Position numbers and translations under genes: made by a program
Source: a virus
Length of the DNA stretch: 44,263 bases
Virus record (IMG/VR): IMGVR_UViG_3300020215_000021
Location: 1 to 44,263 of that record
Strand: one strand, 5' to 3'
Part shown: piece after piece, positions 38,113 to 44,263 of the stretch
Layout of the letters: each line of letters begins with the position of its first letter
How positions within the stretch are numbered: the stretch's first letter is position 1
Notes under the pieces: generated by a model
What the model was told of the DNA's origin: nothing
Seen by the model: the letters and a program-made list of their open reading frames with translations, nothing else
Database searches by the model: none

Positions 38113-38332
38113 ACCGCTTCGATACGCGCTTCTGGCCTGGGCTGCGGCCTTGGCCTTCTTCGGCTCGCTGGTCGCCGTACTGGAGGTGGTTCACGCCATC
38201 ACCGGCAGCGAGTCCAAGGCCGAGGCGGCAGCGCTGTTCTGGCTGTTCGCCTGCGTGGCTGCCGTGGGCGGCTACATCTTCGGCCGTTGCAGCCCCTCTA
38301 CCGCCGTGACCGGAGGTGATGATGCCGGGTGA
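38105..38332 (+). CDS. Small membrane protein (75 aa, two hydrophobic helices)
   Basis: An SD (GAGGGAGGGG) precedes the ATG at 38105. Hydrophobic stretches: YALLAWAAALAFFGSLVAVL and ALFWLFACVAAVGGYIF. Confidence 0.6.
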   Translation: MGRPLRYALLAWAAALAFFGSLVAVLEVVHAITGSESKAEAAALFWLFACVAAVGGYIFGRCSPSTAVTGGDDAG

Positions 38333-38609
38333 AGCAGTGCAGTTCCTGTCCGAGGCGTCCGTAGCCGGCATGTTTGACGTGTCGCCGGCCACGGTGCGGC
38401 GCTGGGTGGAGAAGGGGGTTCTCCCGCCGCCCGTCCAGATCGGCTCGGTGAAACGCTGGGCCGTCACGGACCTGATGCGCGCCGTCAGCGGGGCGCTTGA
38501 CCAGCGCGCCGGCAGGCCGTCCGATGATGCCGACGAGGCCACCAGAAGGATCGCTCGCAATGCCGAAGCGAAGAGAGCATCCGCGCACACTCGCGGACGG
38601 CACCGTTAA
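38319..38609 (+). CDS. xis: Excisionase / AlpA-type HTH DNA-binding protein
   Basis: VAGMFDVSPATVRRWVEKGVLPPPVQIGSVKRW. An SD (GGAGG) precedes it. It lies directly upstream of the integrase and overlaps it by 50 nt. Confidence 0.6.
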   Translation: MMPGEAVQFLSEASVAGMFDVSPATVRRWVEKGVLPPPVQIGSVKRWAVTDLMRAVSGALDQRAGRPSDDADEATRRIARNAEAKRASAHTRGRHR

Positions 38610-39486
38610 GGTCTACTCCTACCCCGTCAAGCCGAAGTCCGGGCCTAGGCCGAAGACAGTCGGCATGGTGATGGAGGAGTACCGGCGCAGCGCAGATTTC
38701 CGGCGCCTGGCGCACGAGACGCGGGTCACCTACCTACGGGCCATGAACGACTTGGCCGAATACCACGGCACGCCCATAGACACCGTCCGGCGCCGGCACC
38801 TGAAAGGCTTGCAGGATGCGTTCTTCGACACGCCCGCCAAGGCCAACCAAGTGGTGGCGTTCTTCGTGACGCTGCTGTCCTTCGCCGTCGACCGCGAGTA
38901 CATCGCCGCCAACCCCGGGTTCCGGCTGAAGAAGCTGAAGGTGGGGGAGTACACCCGTTGGTCGAACGAGCAACTCGCCTACGCCATGGAGCATTTCAGC
39001 GAGCACATCCGCCGCGCCGTCGTGCTGGCCCTCTACACCGGACAGCGCGAGGGCGACTGCATCCGCATGACCTGGGCCGACTATGACGGGCAGGGCGTGC
39101 GGGTGACGCAGGAGAAGACCGAGGCCAAGCTGTGGGTGCCGTGCCATCCCGCGCTCAAAGCGGAGCTGGATGCGTGGAAGGCGGAGGGGCGCGGGGCGAC
39201 CACGATCCTGACCACGAAGCTCGGGGCACCCTACAAGAACAGCCGGTCCTTCGCCTCGACCTTCGCCGACTTCCGCAAGCGCCATCCGATCATGGCCGGC
39301 GTCGTGTTCCATGGGCTGCGCAAGACGGCTGCGGCGAAGCTGGCGGAAGCCGGGTGCAGCGCCCACGAGATCGCCGCCGTCACCGGGCACCGGTCGCTCT
39401 CAATGGTGCAGCACTACACGCGCGAGGCGGAGCAGCGGACCCGGGCGACAGCCGCCATCCTGAAGCTTTCCGAGCGGCGGAAATGA
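38560..39486 (+). CDS. int: Tyrosine recombinase (phage integrase)
   Basis: 308 aa. Catalytic-type residues: LYTGQREGD (Arg), FHGLRKT (His-x-x-Arg), TGHRSLSMVQHYT (His and Tyr). Confidence 0.9.
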   Translation: MPKRREHPRTLADGTVKVYSYPVKPKSGPRPKTVGMVMEEYRRSADFRRLAHETRVTYLRAMNDLAEYHGTPIDTVRRRHLKGLQDAFFDTPAKANQVVAFFVTLLSFAVDREYIAANPGFRLKKLKVGEYTRWSNEQLAYAMEHFSEHIRRAVVLALYTGQREGDCIRMTWADYDGQGVRVTQEKTEAKLWVPCHPALKAELDAWKAEGRGATTILTTKLGAPYKNSRSFASTFADFRKRHPIMAGVVFHGLRKTAAAKLAEAGCSAHEIAAVTGHRSLSMVQHYTREAEQRTRATAAILKLSERRK

Positions 39487-39678
39487 CCGGATCGGAAACG
39501 CGCGGAAACGCCTCGTAAGCTACTGAGATATAAAGGGACTGGACTAAATGTGAATCACCCGCAATACTAATGAAATCAAGAGCTTGGAAACGCGTTTCCG
39601 CTCATGTTTCACCATGGCGTTCCCCATGCGTGCGAAACGCCCCTTCCCCCTCCCATCCTCTCCTGGGGAGACGACGCG
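39487..39678. other. Candidate attP region
   Basis: Immediately after int. An AT-rich core (about 39513..39585) is flanked by GGAAACGC copies at 39494, 39504 and 39586 (the last as the palindrome GGAAACGCGTTTCC), with a variant at 39634. Confidence 0.4.
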
Positions 39679-39828
39679 ATGACCGCCCCATTCATCTGCG
39701 ACCGCTGCGGGGCATGCCTGAACTGGCTCTCGCGGTTCCTCTTCTGGCTGTACCCCTGCGACATCGTGCAGCCGTGCAAGTGGCCGGCAAGCCGCTCCCC
39801 CTCCCCGACCGGTAAGGAGGCCCCATGA
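39679..39828 (+). CDS. Small Cys-rich protein (49 aa)
   Basis: SD GGGGAG. Product begins MTAPFICDRCGACLNWLSRFLFWLYPCDIVQPCKW... Confidence 0.45.
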   Translation: MTAPFICDRCGACLNWLSRFLFWLYPCDIVQPCKWPASRSPSPTGKEAP

Positions 39829-40055
39829 CCGACCAAGCCGCAGTGACCAAGACGCCGCGGGAAATGGCCCTGGAGGAAGTGGCGCGCGACTACCACGAAG
39901 CCATCGCCAAGACGTTCGAGGAGATGGCGCGGAAGGCGATGGCGGAAGGGTACGCGGGATGGGCGGAGGATCACCGCGCCGTCGCGGCCAAGCACCGGGA
40001 GCACGCTCGCGAAATCCGCGCCCAGGTGTGGCGGACGAAGCCCCCTACCTCCTGA
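39825..40055 (+). CDS. Small helical protein (76 aa)
   Basis: Strong SD (GGTAAGGAGG). ATGA overlap with the upstream ORF. Confidence 0.6.
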   Translation: MTDQAAVTKTPREMALEEVARDYHEAIAKTFEEMARKAMAEGYAGWAEDHRAVAAKHREHAREIRAQVWRTKPPTS

Positions 40056-40299
40056 AGCTCTCCGACCAGTGCCGCTTGGGCTGGGACGTGGGGGCTTCCT
40101 CGGGACGGGCGGTCACCTGGGTAGACCCGCACTGCGAGCACCGGAACCTCAGCCGGGCGATGAGGGCGTTGTGCCGGGCCCCCGACCGCTCCACCTCCGC
40201 CGGCTCGATCCTCCGGGAGTGACCGCACCGGCACTCCACCAGCACCAGGCAGTTATGCCGGTAGCAGTCCCCGATGGTCCTGATGTGCTTCTGCCCCAT
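40045..40299 (-). CDS. Zinc-ribbon protein (84 aa)
   Basis: Wobble GC is about 92%. CRCGH...CSQCG pattern, which I recall as common in small alphaproteobacterial proteins. The extension to 40335 has low wobble GC. Confidence 0.65.
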   Translation of the reverse strand: MGQKHIRTIGDCYRHNCLVLVECRCGHSRRIEPAEVERSGARHNALIARLRFRCSQCGSTQVTARPEEAPTSQPKRHWSESFRR

Positions 40300-40397
40300 A
40301 GGAGAACAATGAGAGAACAGATCGGGCGGAGTCAATGGACCGATCCGGTGCTATCATGGGGTTCAGAGAGAGGGTGTCCGGCTTCCCGGATGGGGTG

Positions 40398-40423
40398 CCA
40401 GATCAGCGCGATACCCGCTTGCC
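40398..40423 (+). repeat. 26-bp perfect repeat, copy B (inverted relative to 22142..22167)
   Basis: CCAGATCAGCGCGATACCCGCTTGCC. It ends 15 nt before the ATG at 40439. Confidence 0.95.
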
Positions 40424-40438
40424 AGATGGAGGTGAGAT

Positions 40439-40648
40439 ATGAGCGGCAGTAACGTCATCGCCTGGATCGTCATGGCCCCGGCGTGGGCAGTGATCGGCGC
40501 TCTCGCCGCGTGGCAGTTGACGGAGTTGGCGGGCGAAAGCTGGCTGGTGGGTGCCATCTTCTGGCTGGGGTGGATGGCGCTGGTCGGGTTCCCGGTGCGC
40601 GGCTACCGTGCCGCCCTGCGCTCCACCGCCCGTCGCGCTGGCTTCTGA
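40439..40648 (+). CDS. Small membrane protein (69 aa)
   Basis: SD GGAGGTGAG. Hydrophobic stretches: VIAWIVMAPAWAVIGALAAW and LVGAIFWLGWMALVGF. Confidence 0.6.
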   Translation: MSGSNVIAWIVMAPAWAVIGALAAWQLTELAGESWLVGAIFWLGWMALVGFPVRGYRAALRSTARRAGF

Positions 40649-40860
40649 TGACCACCCCCAACCCCCTCGCCGGCACCTACAACGGCCACCGCTGCATCGA
40701 TGAGGCGTGCGGGCGCTTCGGGGCATTTGGATTTTCCCGGCCGGGCGGGCCTACGGTGTGGGCCTGCAACGATCCCGACCACCAGCAGGCAGCCGAGGCC
40801 CGATCCCTCACCGCTCAGTTCCCTGTGGTGGCGGCGGAGACGGAGGAGAGGCCGTTCTAG
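40648..40860 (+). CDS. Small Cys/His-containing protein (70 aa)
   Basis: The ATG overlaps the upstream stop (TGATG). Its stop overlaps the holin stop at CTAG 40857..40860. Confidence 0.55.
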   Translation: MTTPNPLAGTYNGHRCIDEACGRFGAFGFSRPGGPTVWACNDPDHQQAAEARSLTAQFPVVAAETEERPF

Positions 40861-41258
40861 CGGCTCACCCCCCGCACCTTCTCGAACGACCGCAGGCCGG
40901 CCACCCCCAGCAGGCACCCCAGCAGGTACAGCAGGTCGCCCGTCTCCACCGCCGGCATCACGAAGCCCGGCTGCCAGAGTGCCACCAGCCCCTGCCCCAG
41001 CGGGCGCACCAGGTACTGGTAGGCCAGGGCGGCGGAGCACACCCACCCCACCGAGGGCCGCCACCCCGCCACAAACAGGGACGAGGACGCCGCCTCCACC
41101 TTGTTCACCTCCACCTGCTGTGCATCGGCCGACGCCAGCTTGTTGAGGAGGTCGGCGGTCGCCTCCGCCTTCGCCCGCTCCCGCTCACCGGGATCGGGGA
41201 TGCGGTCGACCAGCTTGTCGACGACGGGCCCCAGCAGGGGCAGCAGAGCTGCGAGCAT
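40857..41258 (-). CDS. Holin (3-TM, GTA-type holin-like)
   Basis: 133 aa, ATG at 41258. Hydrophobic segments: LAALLPLLGPVV, FVAGWRPSVGWVCSAALAYQYLV and LLYLLGCLLGVAGL. It resembles the 'holin of 3TMs' family from memory. Confidence 0.6.
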   Translation of the reverse strand: MLAALLPLLGPVVDKLVDRIPDPGERERAKAEATADLLNKLASADAQQVEVNKVEAASSSLFVAGWRPSVGWVCSAALAYQYLVRPLGQGLVALWQPGFVMPAVETGDLLYLLGCLLGVAGLRSFEKVRGVSR

Positions 41259-41260
41259 GG

Positions 41261-41698
41261 TCAGTCCTTCCGGTTCCAGAGTTCCACTTCCGCCTGCCGC
41301 CGGGCGACCAGGCCCTTCAGCTCCTTGCCCCCGGACTTCGTCCACCGGAGCATCTGGCGGGGCACCTCCGCCTCCCACTGCGGGGAGGACAGCGCCGCCG
41401 TCATCCCCGTGCGCTGAAGCGCGAGAGGCCCGCAGTTGAAGATGAAGCTCACCAGGGCGGAGAACTGGTTGTCGGTGAGCGGGCGCTGCACCTGGGACAC
41501 CCGCTTCTCGAACCGGTCGAGGTCGCGGCGCAGGAGGTCTTCCGCCTGCTCCCGGGTGATGGTGAGGCCGGGGTAGACGTGCGGGCCGGTGCTTCCAAAC
41601 CCGATAGTCCACTTGCCGGCTGGGCATCTGTAGGCCGTCAGCTCGCACCCCTCGTACCGCTTGATGAGGGCAAGCCCGGCCTCATTGATCCTGCGCAT
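41261..41698 (-). CDS. Endolysin, GH24 phage lysozyme
   Basis: 145 aa. INEAGLALIKRYEGCELTAYRCPAGKWTIGFGST... contains the Glu/Asp/Thr-type lysozyme signature. Confidence 0.9.
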   Translation of the reverse strand: MRRINEAGLALIKRYEGCELTAYRCPAGKWTIGFGSTGPHVYPGLTITREQAEDLLRRDLDRFEKRVSQVQRPLTDNQFSALVSFIFNCGPLALQRTGMTAALSSPQWEAEVPRQMLRWTKSGGKELKGLVARRQAEVELWNRKD

Positions 41699-41861
41699 CC
41701 TGGATCTCCATGGCAGCGTCCAGCAGGGAGCGGGCGAGGTTGATGGCGGCCGTCCGGTCGAGCGGGACCAGGAAGCACACACGGGAGCCTGTCTCGTAGG
41801 AGACCAACCCCACCACGCCGTCACCGGGGCGGGCGACGGCGCGGCGGGCGGGGGTTGTCAT
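41682..41861 (-). CDS. Hypothetical small protein (59 aa)
   Basis: The ATG at 41861 overlaps the upstream stop. The gene overlaps the endolysin start by 17 nt. Confidence 0.45.
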   Translation of the reverse strand: MTTPARRAVARPGDGVVGLVSYETGSRVCFLVPLDRTAAINLARSLLDAAMEIQDAQDQ

Positions 41862-42124
41862 CACTGCCCCCTCGGCTGGTCAAGGCGTTGCTCGATCCGC
41901 GCCAAGCGTCCGTTCGCCGCCTCCAGCGCCGTCCGCATCGCCACCATGTCGGCACGGAGGGCATAGAGCCCGTCCTGCTGCTGCTCGAGCTTCTCCAGCC
42001 GCTCCGACTGCGCCCGGTTCTCCCAGTACAATCCGCCGGCCGCGAACACGCCGATGCAGATGGTTAGGACCGATGCGAGGGGGAGCCCGCCGCGGTCGCC
42101 GCCGGTGATGTCCTTCAGCGTCAT
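41861..42124 (-). CDS. Membrane-anchored coiled-coil protein (87 aa), possible lysis accessory
   Basis: N-terminal TM (LPLASVLTICIGVFAAGGLY), then heptad-like SERLEKLEQQQDGLYALRADMVAMRTALEAANGRLARIEQRL. Confidence 0.5.
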   Translation of the reverse strand: MTLKDITGGDRGGLPLASVLTICIGVFAAGGLYWENRAQSERLEKLEQQQDGLYALRADMVAMRTALEAANGRLARIEQRLDQPRGQ

Positions 42125-42190
42125 TATCCCTCGCTCCTACCTACAATGAGTGGTATCTTTGGCGTTGCCACACACCAAATTGAGTACGAG

Positions 42191-42213
42191 GGGCCGGCCT
42201 GAGAGGGCCGGTC
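42191..42213 (-). terminator. Hairpin after the gene ending at 42222 (weak terminator candidate)
   Basis: CCGGCC/GGCCGG core stem with a 6-nt loop. The T-rich run is on the plus-strand side only. Confidence 0.3.
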
Positions 42214-42221
42214 TTTCTGCC

Positions 42222-42674
42222 TTACGGCAGGGCCAGCCAAACCGCCTGGATGGCCGAGATCTGTGCCGTGCTGTAGTGACCTTTCACCTGCCAGAGGGCC
42301 CAGACCGGCCCCATGTCTGCGAAGTCGATGTCCCGCGCGCGGTCGTAGCGTTTCCAGAAGACGCGCTCCAACTGGTCCGCGCTGGCCTTCATCGCCTCTT
42401 CGACATCGTCGAGGTGTAGCGCGGCGGCTTCCTCCGACCCGAAATCGGCCGCCGTCGCCGCGACAACCACGTTGGCGAACCCGTTGCGGGAGAGGCTGCG
42501 CGGCGCGGGCGGCGGGGGTGGCGCTGGCCGCACGAACTCCCCGTCCACATGGAGGTCGCCGGGCTGCACCGTGGCCCCGCATGTAACCCATCCCTGCGCG
42601 GCAGCGAAGTCCGGGTCCGCGAGCACGACATTGGTCACGATGCCGTCGACGACGATGGCGTAGCGCTGGCTCAT
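42222..42674 (-). CDS. Hypothetical protein downstream of the tail fibre (150 aa)
   Basis: ORF track. It starts MSQRYAIVVDGIVTNVV and has a Pro-rich linker. Confidence 0.6.
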   Translation of the reverse strand: MSQRYAIVVDGIVTNVVLADPDFAAAQGWVTCGATVQPGDLHVDGEFVRPAPPPPPAPRSLSRNGFANVVVAATAADFGSEEAAALHLDDVEEAMKASADQLERVFWKRYDRARDIDFADMGPVWALWQVKGHYSTAQISAIQAVWLALP

Positions 42675-42684
42675 TGTTCCGTCC

Positions 42685-44166
42685 TCACCAGGAAATCACT
42701 TCGCAATAGCCAGCGGCGCCGTTGCCGCCAGCCCCGGAGTTGTTGCCGTTCACGGAGGCAGCGCCGCCGCCGCCCCCGGCTCCGCGGCTCCCGCCGGCCC
42801 CGCCCGCGCCGCCGGTGGTGGCCCCCGACCCGCCGCCGCCGCCGCCCTGGCGCCCCGTTCCCGCAGTGCCGTTGGCGCCCGTGGCGGCCCCGCCCGCGCC
42901 GCCGCTCCCGGACACGCCGGAAGACGTGCCCCCGGCGCCGCCTGCCTTGGCCGCGTTGCCGCTGTCGATGCTCCCGCCGCCGCCGCCGCCCGGGCCGCCC
43001 TGGAACGAGGCGCCGCCGGCCCCACTCGCTGACGACGCGCCTGCCGAGTAGGATGCTCCGCCCGCGCCGCCACCCATGGCCGAGGGCTGACCGTCGAGGT
43101 TCGTGGTGGACGCGTCCCCGCCGCCGAACTGCTGGGAGCCGGCGCTCGTGGCGCCGTTGCGCGGCTCACCGCCCGTGGTCGTGCTGCCGGCGGACAGCAC
43201 GCCGCCGCCGCCGCCGCCGCCTCCAGAGGAGTTGGTACCACCCCGCCCCCCTGCGCCGCCGAAGGCCGTCAGCAGGTTGGCGCCAGAGCTGAAGGTCGAG
43301 TTGCCCCCCTGCGACCCGGCGTTGCCGTCCGTCCCGTCCGCCGTAATCGCCGCGCCCCCGGTGCCCCCGGCCCCGATGCTGACGGACTCGGTCGAGGACA
43401 GCGCCGACGCCAGGTAAAAGCGCTCGGCATAGGCGCCGCCCCCGCCCCCGCCCCCGCCGCATCGCGTCGAGCCAGAGGCGCCGCGCCGTCCAGACCCGCC
43501 GCCCCCACCGCCCGCGTAGAGCCGGACCAGGACGAACGTCGCGGTGCTGGGCTTCGTCCAGGTCCCGGAGGCCGAATAGGTCTGCACGTCGGCGGCGGAG
43601 GGCGGGTCGCTGATAAGGCGGAACGCGCTGCCGTCGTAGACGATGGTCACCACTCCGCCGGTGACGATGTCCCCGCTCGACAAGGCGTTGCCCGTCGCAT
43701 CCAGCAGGCTCTTGCTGCCGAGGCCCGACACGTTGACCGTGACCGGGCCGGTGTTGTTACCCTCTGCGACGAACTGGTAGCGGTTGCCAGCCTCGTAGAC
43801 GCTCAAGGGAGGCGCCGGGGTCAGGGCGATGGCGTCGGCGGTCCCGCTGACGTTCGCGGCCGGCACCCAGATCGTGCCACCAGAGGAGTCCGGCGGGGAA
43901 TAGGGGTCAGCCGTCCAGACGGACACGTCGTTCGCGTCCGTCAGAACGACCCGGAAGTTCTGGGTATTCGGCAGGAAGATCGCCGGCCACACCCCCGCGC
44001 TGTCGGCCACGACCGGGTTGGCGTTCGGCGTGGTCAGGGCGGCGTCGGAATAGGTCGTCTGCGGGGTGCTGGTCCCGCTCTCATAGAAGTAGAGCTTTGC
44101 CCCTCCCCGCGGAACGCCGTTCGTGTCGAAGGCGTCGGCGTAGGGCATCACGAAGCGGTTTGCCAT
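42685..44166 (-). CDS. Tail fibre with a long Gly-rich C-terminal domain (493 aa)
   Basis: The N-terminus (MANRFVMPYADAFDTNGVPRGGAKLYFYESGTSTPQTTYSD) is typical of phage fibre N-termini as I recall them. From residue ~205 on, the sequence is about 50% Gly in GGxGG runs and ends GYCEVISW. Confidence 0.75.
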   Translation of the reverse strand: MANRFVMPYADAFDTNGVPRGGAKLYFYESGTSTPQTTYSDAALTTPNANPVVADSAGVWPAIFLPNTQNFRVVLTDANDVSVWTADPYSPPDSSGGTIWVPAANVSGTADAIALTPAPPLSVYEAGNRYQFVAEGNNTGPVTVNVSGLGSKSLLDATGNALSSGDIVTGGVVTIVYDGSAFRLISDPPSAADVQTYSASGTWTKPSTATFVLVRLYAGGGGGGSGRRGASGSTRCGGGGGGGGAYAERFYLASALSSTESVSIGAGGTGGAAITADGTDGNAGSQGGNSTFSSGANLLTAFGGAGGRGGTNSSGGGGGGGGVLSAGSTTTGGEPRNGATSAGSQQFGGGDASTTNLDGQPSAMGGGAGGASYSAGASSASGAGGASFQGGPGGGGGGSIDSGNAAKAGGAGGTSSGVSGSGGAGGAATGANGTAGTGRQGGGGGGSGATTGGAGGAGGSRGAGGGGGAASVNGNNSGAGGNGAAGYCEVISW

Positions 44167-44263
44167 GTGGTGTCCTCGAAATGAGAAAGGGCGGCCCGTG
44201 GTGGACCGCCCTGTGGCGCGAATGTGATGAGCCGGACTCGACTCCCGGCGAAAAATCAGCGAC
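44137..44263. repeat. Terminal direct repeat, copy 2 (identical to 1..127)
   Basis: Exact identity over 127 nt. Confidence 0.95.

Larger units (their letters stand above)
1..44263. mobile_element. Complete temperate podovirus-like phage genome (unit length 44,136 bp, contig closed by a 127-bp overlap)
   Basis: Terminase, portal, scaffold, capsid, adaptor/nozzle, ejection proteins, tail fibre, lysis cassette, integrase/excisionase, repressor/operators and a replication initiator are all present. No tail tube or tape-measure set was seen. The ends are identical. Confidence 0.85.

Noticed and set aside
39513-39600. Possible tRNA fragment in the attP core (GTGAATCAC resembles a T-arm)
   Set aside because: No acceptor stem, CCA-proximal sequence or full T-loop consensus could be built by eye. 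I called no tRNA anywhere in the window.
40069-40452. 127-aa plus-strand ORF
   Set aside because: Most of it is the shadow of the zinc-ribbon gene 40045..40299, whose wobble GC is about 92%. Only its last 47 codons (40309..40452, SD AGGAG, wobble GC about 66%) remain as a weak small-ORF possibility. That possibility is mentioned under the 26-bp repeat finding.
42750-43550. Repetitive GGC/GCC-rich DNA that could be mistaken for a tandem-repeat or CRISPR-like array
   Set aside because: It has no constant repeat unit or spacer structure. It is the Gly-run coding sequence of the tail fibre.
1-44263. Diversity-generating retroelement, CRISPR array, transposase/IS elements and toxin-type defence enzymes (as found in some related temperate podophages)
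   Set aside because: I saw no reverse-transcriptase, Cas, DDE-transposase or similar motifs in any listed ORF. The only long repeats are those reported as features.

Overview
The window is one densely coded, high-GC temperate phage genome. GC is about 65% by eye. The first 127 nt recur exactly at 44137..44263. The unit genome is therefore 44,136 bp, and the contig is circular or circularly permuted.

Minus strand, 29100 down to 1403, then across the junction from 44166 down to 40857:
- a cro-like gene and a CII-like regulator
- a wHTH replication initiator with internal iterons
- an HTH gene, a C5 DNA methyltransferase and a T5orf172/GIY-YIG-like gene
- a NusG/RfaH-like protein, followed by a ~380-nt leader
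- the late genes: N4-gp49-like, small and large terminase, portal, GroES-like, scaffold, capsid, adaptor and nozzle (T7 gp11 / P22 gp10 types), GNAT, three large ejection proteins, tail fibre, endolysin and a 3-TM holin

Plus strand, 29185 to 40860:
- a CI-like repressor
- a low-GC island carrying a P63C-type gene with its own terminator
- a second early operon (Rad52-like annealase candidate, DUF1367-like, HNH/Ref-like, many small ORFs)
- excisionase, tyrosine integrase, a candidate attP and a cluster of small accessory genes

A two-gene plus-strand insert (173..1406) sits antisense inside the late gene run.

I saw no tRNA, rRNA, CRISPR array, transposase or reverse transcriptase.

The observations I rank highest are:
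- the NusG-like gene with a promoter, an ops-like site and a long leader
- a methyltransferase whose codon-bias signal switches reading frame twice
- the repressor-adjacent low-GC island
- the antisense insert at the position where P22 carries sieA/immI
- 44-bp hairpin repeats flanking one early gene
- a 26-bp perfect inverted repeat whose copies lie 18 kb apart
- a tripartite TTGCG-N5-CGCAA operator

Every functional call rests on motif recognition from memory, gene order and hand counts. No search or folding program was run.
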